A DNA stretch of 47,548 nt from a virus (IMGVR_UViG_3300048080_000116:1-47548), one strand, 5' to 3'. Counted from the first letter of the stretch, positions 36,624 through 44,508 are shown. Numbers and translations: made by a program. The notes: generated from the letters alone by a model not told the origin.

Positions 36624-36844
36624 CCTGCCGGGTCGCCGTGCGCCTCCAGCCGCGCTACCGCGTGACCTTCCAGGGGCGCTACGAGACCACCTTCTCCGTG
36701 CTCGTGCGGGCGGAGGACAGCGGGAGCGCCACCTTGCTCGGCTGGGCGCGGCTGCACGGGGCGCTCCAGCCGGAGCCCTATGACGTGGACGGGGCCGAGA
36801 TCGGCGGGTGGAGCTGGAGTGGGACGGAGCGGGTCGAGGGCTAG
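36620..36844 (+). CDS. Hypothetical protein, 74 aa
   Basis: ATGA coupling; stop overlaps convergent MTase stop (CTAG). Confidence 0.55.
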   Translation: MTCRVAVRLQPRYRVTFQGRYETTFSVLVRAEDSGSATLLGWARLHGALQPEPYDVDGAEIGGWSWSGTERVEG

Positions 36845-38565
36845 AAGAGGACTTCTTGGCGGAGGCGCTTCGCCGCGAGGTCCAGGTACGCCGCGCTCAG
36901 GTCGATGCCGATGGCCCGCCGCCCCAGCTCCTTGGCGACGTAGCAGGTCGTCCCGCTCCCGACGAAGGGGTCAAGCACTATCCCGCCAACGGGAGCGCCC
37001 GCGAGGACACAGGGTTTCACGAGGTCCACCGGGAACACGGCAAAATGGTCTATAATTCCGCATGAGCACTTGTCAGTGGTGCTCGGCTGCGTTCGAGCCG
37101 AAGGATCAGACTCCGAGCCATCAGCTGAGGAATCCCCCTCGTTACTGTTCGCGGGCCTGCGGGCGAAAATGGCGGTGGTCCAGAGTCCCGGTTGCGTGTC
37201 GTCAGTGCGGAGCGGTGATCCTTCGTCGGGTGTCTCATGCGGCGAAGTCTCAGGAGCGCGGCCCGTTTTGCGGGTTCCGCTGCTACGGTCAGTGGCAAGC
37301 AGAGCACATGACGGGGCTGGCGAACCCGAACTATCGGGAGCAGAGTCCTCGGCGCGGCGCGTCTCAGTGGGAACGGGCTCGTCTTGCGGCGCTCCATCGG
37401 GACGACTTTCGGTTCCGAGATTGCGGCGAGACGGAGAAGCGGCTTGTCGTTCATCATCTCGAACCGTGGACGCCGACAAGCGTTGATCCCCATGCAGAGG
37501 ACAATCTGCTGACCGTATGCGACCGTTGCCATCGCGAGCGGCACCGAGCAATCGAGCACCGCTGAACGGTGTTGTGGCGATCTCCCAGACGGTGCGGCGG
37601 CTGCGGGTCGTTCCCGTGCCGACGTCCTTCATGTCGCGCCCTTCTCGATTCGCAGGCCCATTCTCACCATCGCAGAAATGACCTTGACCACAGAAAGCAT
37701 TGACGCCGCCTCGGCCGACTGCCTTCATTGGCCCGTTCGTTTTACCGGGGACTCGGAAGGATCCGGTCTGCTCGCCAAGGGTCGGCTGAGATAGTCTCTC
37801 AATGGTGGAAGCTGTCACGGGCTCGGCAATTGCCTCCGCGTCATAAAAATACCGCTCCCGCTTCGCCAGCAGAAAGAGGTACTCATGCGCCTTCGTCGGC
37901 CGATCCGTCACGCTCTCGGGCATCGGGTTCGGCTTCGCCCAGATGATGTCGGAGCGGAGATACCAGCCGTCGGCTTGGAGGGCGAAGGCGACGCGCCAAG
38001 GGATACCCACGAGGCTTTTTGCTTTCAAGCCCGTTGTCACCTTCTGCCGCCCGATGCCCGTCTGACCGTGGAGCGCAAGGACGTGCTTTCCACCTGACGA
38101 CCCGCCCCACTTCGTATCATTCGCATACGAATCTCCGAGATTCAGCCACAGCGTCCCGTCATCCCGGAGCACGCGGCGTACCTCGCGGAACACGGCGACG
38201 AGGTTGGCGACGTACTCCTCGGGCGTGGGTTCGAGGCCGAGTTGTGCGTCGATCCGGCGAGCACCACACTTGCCGCAGAGACTCTTGAAGTTCGCACCCG
38301 CTCCGGCGATCAAGTGTCGTTCGTCCGCATAGGAATCATTTACGCGGCCGTCACCGTGCGGCAACCGACGGCGCTCACCGTTGGCGCGGTGGTCGCACCC
38401 CGCCTCCCCGCCATCCCACGTCGCCGTCCCGTAGTCCCGCAGGCCCCAGTAGGGCGGGCTCGTGATGCAGGTCTGGACCGAAGCGGCCGGCAACTCGCGG
38501 AGGACCGTCAACGCGTCCCCCGCAAAGAGGGTCACGGCGCCATCCTGGTAGTAGGGCTTAGGCAC
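36841..38565 (-). CDS. Beta-class N4-cytosine/N6-adenine DNA methyltransferase with 169-aa in-frame insertion
   Basis: ITSPPYWGLRDY, LWLNLGDSY, IIWAKPNPMPESVTDRPTKAHEY, VLDPFVGSGTT; PFSGA|HFAVFP motif split by insert. Confidence 0.92.
   Translation of the reverse strand: MPKPYYQDGAVTLFAGDALTVLRELPAASVQTCITSPPYWGLRDYGTATWDGGEAGCDHRANGERRRLPHGDGRVNDSYADERHLIAGAGANFKSLCGKCGARRIDAQLGLEPTPEEYVANLVAVFREVRRVLRDDGTLWLNLGDSYANDTKWGGSSGGKHVLALHGQTGIGRQKVTTGLKAKSLVGIPWRVAFALQADGWYLRSDIIWAKPNPMPESVTDRPTKAHEYLFLLAKRERYFYDAEAIAEPVTASTIERLSQPTLGEQTGSFRVPGKTNGPMKAVGRGGVNAFCGQGHFCDGENGPANREGRDMKDVGTGTTRSRRTVWEIATTPFSGARLLGAARDGNGRIRSADCPLHGDQRLSASTVRDDERQAASPSRRNLGTESRPDGAPQDEPVPTETRRAEDSAPDSSGSPAPSCALLATDRSSGTRKTGRAPETSPHETPDEGSPLRTDDTQPGLWTTAIFARRPANSNEGDSSADGSESDPSARTQPSTTDKCSCGIIDHFAVFPVDLVKPCVLAGAPVGGIVLDPFVGSGTTCYVAKELGRRAIGIDLSAAYLDLAAKRLRQEVLF
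37051..37056 (+). promoter_or_regulatory. Consensus -10 box for leaderless HNH transcript
   Basis: TATAAT N5 ATG(37062); no good -35. Confidence 0.6.
37062..37565 (+). CDS. HNH endonuclease with N-terminal zinc-finger repeats, nested antisense in the MTase
   Basis: CQWC...YCSRAC, CRQCG...FCGFRC, LVVHHL...NLLTVCDRCHRERH. Confidence 0.88.
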   Translation: MSTCQWCSAAFEPKDQTPSHQLRNPPRYCSRACGRKWRWSRVPVACRQCGAVILRRVSHAAKSQERGPFCGFRCYGQWQAEHMTGLANPNYREQSPRRGASQWERARLAALHRDDFRFRDCGETEKRLVVHHLEPWTPTSVDPHAEDNLLTVCDRCHRERHRAIEHR

Positions 38566-38953
38566 TGTAGCTCTTCTCGCACGTCCGACACTGGCGCCAC
38601 CCTTTCGGCTTCACGCGCGTGTTCTCTGGCGTAAATAGATGGCCACGCTGGCAGCTTGTCTTCTTGGCATTTAGCGCGCCTTGTCCCACGCCTCGAAGGA
38701 TGTTTTCTCGATTGGTCACGGGTTCTAGGTGCCGAGGATTGACACACTCTCTCCTCCGACAGAGATGGTCCAGGTCGAAGCCAGCCGGAATAGGCCCGAT
38801 GAGCAGCCGATAGATCACACGATGCGCTCTCTGGTTCCTGCCTTCCCAATGCACCCGCGGGTATCCCTTGTCATTCCTTGATCCCGTCCATGGCCAGCAG
38901 GCGGTGGGCTCAAGTGTGGCGATCTTCCTCACCATGTTCATTGGCAGGCTCAC
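38558..38953 (-). CDS. HNH endonuclease, 131 aa
   Basis: CWPWTG, AHRVIY, LDHLCRRRECVNPRHLE, CQRGH...CRTC. Confidence 0.9.
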   Translation of the reverse strand: MSLPMNMVRKIATLEPTACWPWTGSRNDKGYPRVHWEGRNQRAHRVIYRLLIGPIPAGFDLDHLCRRRECVNPRHLEPVTNRENILRGVGQGALNAKKTSCQRGHLFTPENTRVKPKGWRQCRTCEKSYSA

Positions 38954-39207
38954 CCCGTCCCCTCCGCGCCCGGCGCCGGCCCCCGGGAGGCGGGCCCGAT
39001 GACGGAAGCCTCAGCCGCAGTCTGAAGTCGTGCTAAAAGGGCCTCGTCCTCTTTGGCGCGCTCGATGAGGATGTTGGCGATTTCTTCCAAGGCGGCGGCC
39101 GGCGAGAGGGCGCCCTTCTGCCACAGCAGCACCAGCCGCCCGATTTGATTCAACTGGGCGGCGGCGGCCATCAATGCCACGATCACTTCGCCTTGAGAGG
39201 TGCTCAT
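38950..39207 (-). CDS. Hypothetical helical protein, 85 aa
   Basis: GAGGAG RBS; ATGA/GTGA overlaps. Confidence 0.6.
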   Translation of the reverse strand: MSTSQGEVIVALMAAAAQLNQIGRLVLLWQKGALSPAAALEEIANILIERAKEDEALLARLQTAAEASVIGPASRGPAPGAEGTG

Positions 39208-39308
39208 TCTGGCTCCTCGTGTGTGGGCCCGACGACGGGAGCGGCGACCCCGTGGCACGCCGGGCAGACGGGCCACGTCACGGGACGGGCGCAGCCGGGG
39301 CAGGTCAT
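39204..39308 (-). CDS. Small CxxC protein, 34 aa
   Basis: CPGC...CPAC; ATGA overlaps. Confidence 0.45.
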   Translation of the reverse strand: MTCPGCARPVTWPVCPACHGVAAPVVGPTHEEPE

Positions 39309-39502
39309 GGCGCGTCGAGCGAGGCGATAGGGCTCGGCCGCGCGTCGCGCCCATACCACGTTTCGCGCTGTTGCACGGCCTGGCCGAAGGCGGCGAGACA
39401 CCCAGCGAGATACTGGGCCAAGATGAAATCCGGGGTGTTCGAGGCATTTTCCATGCTGTAGCGGTTGATGAGATGCTGCAACTCCGTTTCAAAGTCGTTC
39501 AT
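39305..39502 (-). CDS. Small phage protein, 65 aa
   Basis: AAGGAGG RBS; LINRYSMENASNTPDFILAQYL. Confidence 0.7.
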   Translation of the reverse strand: MNDFETELQHLINRYSMENASNTPDFILAQYLAGCLAAFGQAVQQRETWYGRDARPSPIASLDAP

Positions 39503-39548
39503 AGGGCCTCCTTGGGATTCACCGCGCGCTCGGCCCGAGCCGGGCACG

Positions 39549-40067
39549 TCATGGGGTCATCCGCCTGGCCAAGCCTCGCGTGAGGTCCGCGACGAAGGCT
39601 TTGGTCTCTTGAGCCACAGATAAATCCTCCGGGGGGTGGCCGTTCCCACCTCGATCCTCGCTACCTCGATCCTCGATCCTCGCAACCTCGCAACCTCGAA
39701 CCTCGGGCGCAGATGCTACGCGTATGCTACGCACGTGCATAGCAGCCGGGTACTTGGAGTGCTTCGCGCGGCGGGTGAAGTATGCGTCAGCCTTGACGAA
39801 TTGCCCATACTGAGCCCCGTCCACTTCGTAGAGGTCGATGAGTCCGACTGCTACGCACTCGCGTAGCATCTGCTCGCACATGCTCAGCGTCACGGTCGCC
39901 ATCATTCTGGGGAAGCAGGCGGCCAGCACTAAGGCGGGATCTGCCTGGAACCGGCCGAAGTCATCGGCGGCGAGCAGGAGGCGCCAGAAGCCCCGCTCCC
40001 CGAAGTCGGTGAGTTGGGCAAGGGTCTTGCTCGTGCGGGCTGAGTCTCGGGCAATCCGGTTCGGCAT
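39549..40067 (-). CDS. Phage replication initiator / replisome organiser-like protein, 172 aa
   Basis: MPNRI...S..LAQL...FWRLLLAADDFGRF...GLIDLYEVDG...SKYP, followed by low-complexity linker carrying repeats. Confidence 0.72.
   Translation of the reverse strand: MPNRIARDSARTSKTLAQLTDFGERGFWRLLLAADDFGRFQADPALVLAACFPRMMATVTLSMCEQMLRECVAVGLIDLYEVDGAQYGQFVKADAYFTRRAKHSKYPAAMHVRSIRVASAPEVRGCEVARIEDRGSEDRGGNGHPPEDLSVAQETKAFVADLTRGLARRMTP
39649..39732. repeat. Iteron-like repeats, putative replication origin
   Basis: 8 x CCTCG at 7-8 nt spacing (39649-39705) and 2 x ATGCTACGC (39713, 39724) inside initiator gene. Confidence 0.55.
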
Positions 40068-40180
40068 GGGCATCCCCCATGACGGCGTGCACGGCGAAGC
40101 GGCCCAGGGATGACGGGGGATGCCTGAAGAGGTCGGGTCCCTCGTGGGAGGACACTTCAGCCCGGCACCCCCGGACCGCT
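40068..40180 (-). ncRNA. Structured 5' leader with alternative anti-RBS pairing
   Basis: Nested stems and a 10-bp perfect complement to the RBS region. Confidence 0.5.
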
Positions 40181-40185
40181 GAGAC

Positions 40186-40214
40186 ACCATAGCAAGCCGA
40201 GCAAGTGGCGTCAA
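40186..40214 (-). promoter_or_regulatory. Leftward sigma70 promoter
   Basis: TTGACG N17 TATGGT with extended -10 TGn. Confidence 0.7.
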
Positions 40215-40242
40215 GGGAATTGCGCCTGTCAAATCTTTTCGC

Positions 40243-40271
40243 TTGACGTGCTGGTGGTGGTGGTGTATGTT
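40243..40271 (+). promoter_or_regulatory. Rightward sigma70 leaderless promoter
   Basis: TTGACG N17 TATGTT N6 ATG(40278). Confidence 0.7.
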
Positions 40272-40277
40272 CCGCGC

Positions 40278-40391
40278 ATGGCAATCTCCACGGTCAAGGC
40301 GCGGTGCCCCGGATGCGGCTCCAGTTGGACGCCGCGCGTGGCGAATCCTGTGCGCTGCCCGCGCTGTTCGCGGGTGCTGGTGAAGAAGTGA
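40278..40391 (+). CDS. 37-aa zinc-ribbon protein, leaderless
   Basis: MAISTVKARCPGCGSSWTPRVANPVRCPRCSRVLVKK; below ORF-track cutoff. Confidence 0.75.
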   Translation: MAISTVKARCPGCGSSWTPRVANPVRCPRCSRVLVKK

Positions 40392-40422
40392 CGACCCTGA
40401 CCCCGTTCACGGGAGGCACGAC

Positions 40423-40713
40423 ATGATCCAGCGGATTCTGTTCAAGGGTGAGCCGTTCCTGCTCGTCGGCGAGCACGCGGGGAGCGAGGCCCCAGAGGGG
40501 GCGATTTCGACGGAGCCCCAGTATCGGAACGGACTGGGATCCTACGCGCATCTCTTCCCGGATGGTCGCGTGCTGCGCCATCGGAAGCAGATCGGGACAC
40601 GCGAGGATGTGGAATGGCTCGGCGCATGGGACGGGACGGTCACCGTGGACGAAGCCATTGACGCGCTCGGCAACCTCCTCACGGACCCCTCGTGGTCGTT
40701 CAACCGGCCATGA
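40423..40713 (+). CDS. Hypothetical protein, 96 aa
   Basis: GGAGG RBS. Confidence 0.7.
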   Translation: MIQRILFKGEPFLLVGEHAGSEAPEGAISTEPQYRNGLGSYAHLFPDGRVLRHRKQIGTREDVEWLGAWDGTVTVDEAIDALGNLLTDPSWSFNRP

Positions 40714-40985
40714 TGACACTGGACCGGGCGTATCACCTGTTGTGTGAACGGCACCCCGCCCGCTCCTTCAGCCTCAGCGTGGAAGTCTGGCGGCACGTCG
40801 GGCGCGGCGCCGACCGTGCCCAGATCGAGTGGGCGCTCTACGACGTCGAGGATCGCGTCCACTACTTCGGGCCGTCGCTGGAAAACGTCATGGAGCAGTA
40901 CGGCGGGTGTGACGCCGATCTGGCCGGGGTGGATGCGCGGCTCCGGGGGTTCGCGCCGCGAGCAAGGCGACGGAGCCCGAAGTGA
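40710..40985 (+). CDS. Hypothetical protein, 91 aa
   Basis: ATGA coupling. Confidence 0.6.
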   Translation: MMTLDRAYHLLCERHPARSFSLSVEVWRHVGRGADRAQIEWALYDVEDRVHYFGPSLENVMEQYGGCDADLAGVDARLRGFAPRARRRSPK

Positions 40986-41314
40986 TGGAAGGTTGCTTCC
41001 GAGTAAAGTTCGGGCTGCTCGGGGAGTGGTGGTGCGCACCGGCCAACATGAGTGAGGCCGACTGCCTGAAGGCCATCGTACCGGAAACGCTCGTGGCGGC
41101 CACGCCGGAGATGATCCGTGAGCGCCTGTACGGTGGTTTCGGGTGCGCCGAGCCGAGCCGCCGACACATCTACCACGACACGGGTGCGTATACCTATCTC
41201 GGCGAGAACTCCCACTTGGATGAGGCCGAGCGGCGGGCGCAGTGGGGAAAGCTCATCGAAGAGAATGGCGAGCCGGGCGCCGGCCCGTTTACGGCTGCTG
41301 GGCCATCATCGTGA
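40982..41314 (+). CDS. Hypothetical protein, 110 aa
   Basis: GTGA coupling. Confidence 0.6.
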   Translation: MMEGCFRVKFGLLGEWWCAPANMSEADCLKAIVPETLVAATPEMIRERLYGGFGCAEPSRRHIYHDTGAYTYLGENSHLDEAERRAQWGKLIEENGEPGAGPFTAAGPSS

Positions 41315-41421
41315 CCTGCCGCTGCGGGCATCCAGAGGCCAGCCACCATCACTTGGACCACTGCACAGAGGACGGCTGCCGGTGCCGAGTGTATCGGCCG
41401 GCGGGAGAGGAGAAGGCATGA
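41311..41421 (+). CDS. Cys/His-rich peptide, 36 aa (MTCRCGHPEASHHHLDHCTEDGCRCRVY...)
   Basis: Coupled on both sides; read manually. Confidence 0.55.
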   Translation: MTCRCGHPEASHHHLDHCTEDGCRCRVYRPAGEEKA

Positions 41422-41849
41422 TCGTCATTGCGAGTCGCGAGGAAAAAGAACTGCTGGAACGTCTGCGCCGCTTGGCTACGAAGGACACAGCGGGCGTGCT
41501 GACGGAGGAGATCGTCGGACTCAGGCGCCAGATCAGCGACCTGGAGATCAGCAAGAGCAAGATCGAAGAGGGCCACGCCAAGGAACGCCGCGAGTTGACG
41601 CACATGATCGGACTGGAGAAGAAGCGGCAGGAGTTCGAGATCACGCAAGCGAAGGCGGAGACCACGCTGAAGGTGCAGCAGGAGAACCTCGCCGCCGACA
41701 AGACGCGGTTCGCGGGGGAGATGAGTTTTCAGCGCGAACGCTTCGAGAAAGAAGTCGGCTATCTCAAGGACATGATGAAGGACATTCTTGACCGACTCCC
41801 GAATGTCAATGCCACGCTGGACCTTGGCGGCAAGCGGAAGAGGGCATGA
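41418..41849 (+). CDS. Coiled-coil protein, 143 aa
   Basis: GAGGAG RBS; Glu/Lys heptads. Confidence 0.7.
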   Translation: MIVIASREEKELLERLRRLATKDTAGVLTEEIVGLRRQISDLEISKSKIEEGHAKERRELTHMIGLEKKRQEFEITQAKAETTLKVQQENLAADKTRFAGEMSFQRERFEKEVGYLKDMMKDILDRLPNVNATLDLGGKRKRA

Positions 41850-42127
41850 CCGTGGACGTACCCTGGAACGCACTCGGCAGTGTGATGTCTGGTCTCTTGG
41901 GCAACGCCGGGTCAGCTGGTGCTTGGCAACAGGCGTTGATGCAGTCGGCTCCGCAATACAACACTGTCTCAGCAATAAACACCACGAGCGGGACAGCAAC
42001 GATCACGTCCGGGCCGACACACGTGATTCTGGTGGGCGAACCGCTGCCCAGGGATGCCTCGCCAGCCGATCCGCCAGAATACCTGTGGCTCAAGCGGCGG
42101 ATCGACGACGTGTGCTGGGCACCATGA
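41846..42127 (+). CDS. Hypothetical protein, 93 aa
   Basis: ATGA coupling. Confidence 0.6.
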   Translation: MTVDVPWNALGSVMSGLLGNAGSAGAWQQALMQSAPQYNTVSAINTTSGTATITSGPTHVILVGEPLPRDASPADPPEYLWLKRRIDDVCWAP

Positions 42128-42144
42128 CGACGAGAGGAGACGCC

Positions 42145-42363
42145 ATGACCGTCTGTGCTCTCTGCGCTCGTATCGACCAAGCGCGGGCCGACGCCTACCA
42201 AAAGCGGGTCAACGCCGACCGTGTGTGGGCCGAAGCGCACCGGGCGCTGGACGACGCCCACCGGGCGTGGGGCGAGGCCAACCAAGCGTGGGGCGAAGCC
42301 TTCCAGATGTGGTGCGACGCCACCAAGGCGCATGAGGCGGGCCCGCACGGGGTGACGCCATGA
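42145..42363 (+). CDS. Heptad-repeat protein, 72 aa
   Basis: GAGGAG RBS; WAEAHRA/LDDAHRA/WGEANQA/WGEAFQM. Confidence 0.6.
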   Translation: MTVCALCARIDQARADAYQKRVNADRVWAEAHRALDDAHRAWGEANQAWGEAFQMWCDATKAHEAGPHGVTP

Positions 42364-42539
42364 CCGCACGGGTGCAGGCGCTGGACGCCCTGGCCCAGAT
42401 CCGCAAGGCCCTGGACTCCCCGGAGCCCCTGACGGGCCTGAGCCGGCGGCTCCTGCGCGAGACGGTGGACTATTGCGTGGATTGTGTGGAGCAGATCGAG
42501 GAAACGAAACGGCCGAGACGGAAGGAGACGAAGCCATGA
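42360..42539 (+). CDS. Hypothetical protein, 59 aa
   Basis: ATGA overlaps both sides; read manually. Confidence 0.55.
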   Translation: MTARVQALDALAQIRKALDSPEPLTGLSRRLLRETVDYCVDCVEQIEETKRPRRKETKP

Positions 42540-43516
42540 GTGACGAGATCGCGGTGATCCCGACCGAGTCGCTGGCCCTACGGCACGAGCTGACCGTGGA
42601 GGAGGTGGTCGCCCGCGTCAAGAAGGTCCACGCCATCATGCGCGAGGCCATGGTGCTCGACCATCACTACGGGAAAGTACCGGGGACGACCAAGGACGTG
42701 CTCCTCAAGCCCGGCGCGGAGCTGCTGTGCCTCACCTTCCGGTTGGACCCGGAATACGCCACGGTGGCGGAGCGCGACGGGAAGCACCTGACGCTGACCT
42801 CGACCTGTACGCTCTGGCACATCACCACGGGCCAGCGGTTCGGGTCCGGGATGGGCTCCTGCTCGACGCGGGAGTCGAAGTACGCCTATCGGCAGGCCAA
42901 GCGGGCGTGCCCGAAGTGCGGCGCGGAGCAGATCAATAAGAGCAAGTTTCCGCCGCGCGGGAAGCCGCAGGACGCGCCCGGCTGGTATTGCTACGCCAAG
43001 TCGGGCGGGTGCGGGCAGGAGTTCGCGGCCGACGATCCGGCCATCCTGGGGCAGGTGACGGGGCGCGTGGCGAACGAGGACCTGGCCGATCAGGAGAACA
43101 CGGTGCTCAAGATGGCCAACAAGCGGAGCCTCGTAGCAGCGGTGCTGAACGTCACGGCGGCGTCGGACATCTTCACGCAGGATTTGGAGGACATGGGGCA
43201 TGGCGGGGCCGTGGAGGACAGCGGCATACCCAAGGATAATGGCCGAGAGACGGTTCCCACTCTGTCAGGGATACGGCCAACGGGGAAGGCAGAGCCCGCC
43301 ACCGAGACGACCGAGCAGGAGGCCGCCCGCCTCTTCCCTCAAGAGGAGGAGTTGCGGGCGGCGCTGGTGGCGCGCATCCGGGCGCTCAAGGACGAGAAGC
43401 ACATGACCGATGCGAAGTTCGGCGTCTGGTGCCGCCGCGCCATCGGGGAGGCCGCGCTCGAGGCGGCGGACGTGGCCGCGCTGACCGATCTGGAGAAGCT
43501 GCTGGTGGCCGTGTGA
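42536..43516 (+). CDS. Single-strand annealing/recombination protein-like (Rad52/RecT-type superfamily) with zinc-ribbon insertion
   Basis: HYGKVPGT..LLKPGAELL, GMGSCSTRE, NTVLKMANKRSLVAAVL...SDIFTQDLED; CPKCG...GGCG insert. Confidence 0.6.
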   Translation: MSDEIAVIPTESLALRHELTVEEVVARVKKVHAIMREAMVLDHHYGKVPGTTKDVLLKPGAELLCLTFRLDPEYATVAERDGKHLTLTSTCTLWHITTGQRFGSGMGSCSTRESKYAYRQAKRACPKCGAEQINKSKFPPRGKPQDAPGWYCYAKSGGCGQEFAADDPAILGQVTGRVANEDLADQENTVLKMANKRSLVAAVLNVTAASDIFTQDLEDMGHGGAVEDSGIPKDNGRETVPTLSGIRPTGKAEPATETTEQEAARLFPQEEELRAALVARIRALKDEKHMTDAKFGVWCRRAIGEAALEAADVAALTDLEKLLVAV

Positions 43517-43704
43517 TGAGGCGCGTAATCCGCGTGTCTTCTTACGGAATTGAGATCGTGGCGACCATCACAGCCAGAAGTACCGATCTTCTCCAGCGCG
43601 ATGAGGTAGAGACGCTGAGAGACCAGCTTGCCGATAGACTTCAAGAGGCCGCATCTGGGCTTTGCTATTTCAACACGCCACGCAATCGGGTGACGGTTAG
43701 ATGA
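43516..43704 (+). CDS. Hypothetical protein, 62 aa
   Basis: TGATG coupling. Confidence 0.5.
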   Translation: MRRVIRVSSYGIEIVATITARSTDLLQRDEVETLRDQLADRLQEAASGLCYFNTPRNRVTVR

Positions 43705-44033
43705 CCCGCGCCGACGCCAACCGCATCCTGGCACGCTGGGGCTGGACGCCGGAGCGCATCGCGGCGTTGCCCGAGGGCCGCGCGGTGTTCATCGCCGAGG
43801 ACGTGCCGCGCGACAGGGCGTTCATTGTCTCAGCGCTCGCGGCGCCGCCCCAGCCGCCACAGGTCGCCGCACCGGAGCGGGTGTCCCCAGCCACGGGGCG
43901 GGCGCTGGCGGAGATCCGGCGGGTGGGGCTCGGGGGACGGCGGGCCATGCGGCCGATTGGGGCCGCGGCGCTGCGAGAGGCGCTGGCGAACATCGCCCTC
44001 TCCCGTGGTCGGGTGGCCGGGGGGCGGGAATAA
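43701..44033 (+). CDS. Hypothetical protein, 110 aa
   Basis: Coupled; shares C-terminal module with next gene. Confidence 0.55.
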   Translation: MTRADANRILARWGWTPERIAALPEGRAVFIAEDVPRDRAFIVSALAAPPQPPQVAAPERVSPATGRALAEIRRVGLGGRRAMRPIGAAALREALANIALSRGRVAGGRE

Positions 44034-44326
44034 TGCCCAAGTGCATCCGCTGCGGTCGATTCTGCCAACCCGTGGACAGCGGGATACCATTCGGTGGCCC
44101 CGCGGACTTCGAGCCGCCCGATGAGGAATTTTGGTGCTATCTCTGTGTGTCGAAAGAATTGGCGGATGCAGTTACAGAGGGCTGGGTGCCCAACTACTGG
44201 ATCAAGCCACGATGGACACGAGCGGCGGCGGCGGCGCTGGCGGAGATCCGGCGCGTGGGGCTCGGCGGGCGGCGCGTGACCTTGCCTCTCGGCCCGGAGG
44301 CGCTGCGGGCGGCGCTGGCGAACATC
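43901..44326 (+). repeat. 94-bp imperfect direct repeat (43901-43994 and 44233-44326)
   Basis: GGCGCTGGCGGAGATCCGGCG...GCGCTGGCGAACATC in both copies. Confidence 0.85.
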
Positions 44327-44344
44327 ACGGGCACGCACCTGTGA
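44033..44344 (+). CDS. CxxC protein, 103 aa
   Basis: TAATG coupling; CIRCG, CYLC. Confidence 0.6.
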   Translation: MPKCIRCGRFCQPVDSGIPFGGPADFEPPDEEFWCYLCVSKELADAVTEGWVPNYWIKPRWTRAAAAALAEIRRVGLGGRRVTLPLGPEALRAALANITGTHL

Positions 44345-44508
44345 CCGAGCCCAGCGCGGCGGCCGTGGCGAAGGCACAGGCGCTGATCTCTCGTTGGGAT
44401 TTCCTGCATCGTGAGTACCCTACGCTCGAATGGCAACTTGCCCTCGCCCTTGACGCCTATGCAGCAGAAAGAGTAGCTGAGGTACTAGCGAAAGAGTCCA
44501 GGCAATGA
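44341..44508 (+). CDS. Hypothetical protein, 55 aa
   Basis: GTGA/ATGA overlaps. Confidence 0.5.
   Translation: MTEPSAAAVAKAQALISRWDFLHREYPTLEWQLALALDAYAAERVAEVLAKESRQ

Noticed and set aside
37048-37554. Intein or group I/II intron in the MTase
   Set aside because: No intein terminal residues or splicing blocks; nuclease is on the opposite strand and fills nearly all the insert, leaving no ribozyme core
38250-38430. Second mobile insertion in the MTase (CDH...CGKCGA segment)
   Set aside because: Short Cys-containing loop of a kind common in phage beta-class MTases; no convincing antisense gene
43901-44326. Diversity-generating retroelement TR/VR pair
   Set aside because: No reverse transcriptase; differences are not adenine-specific
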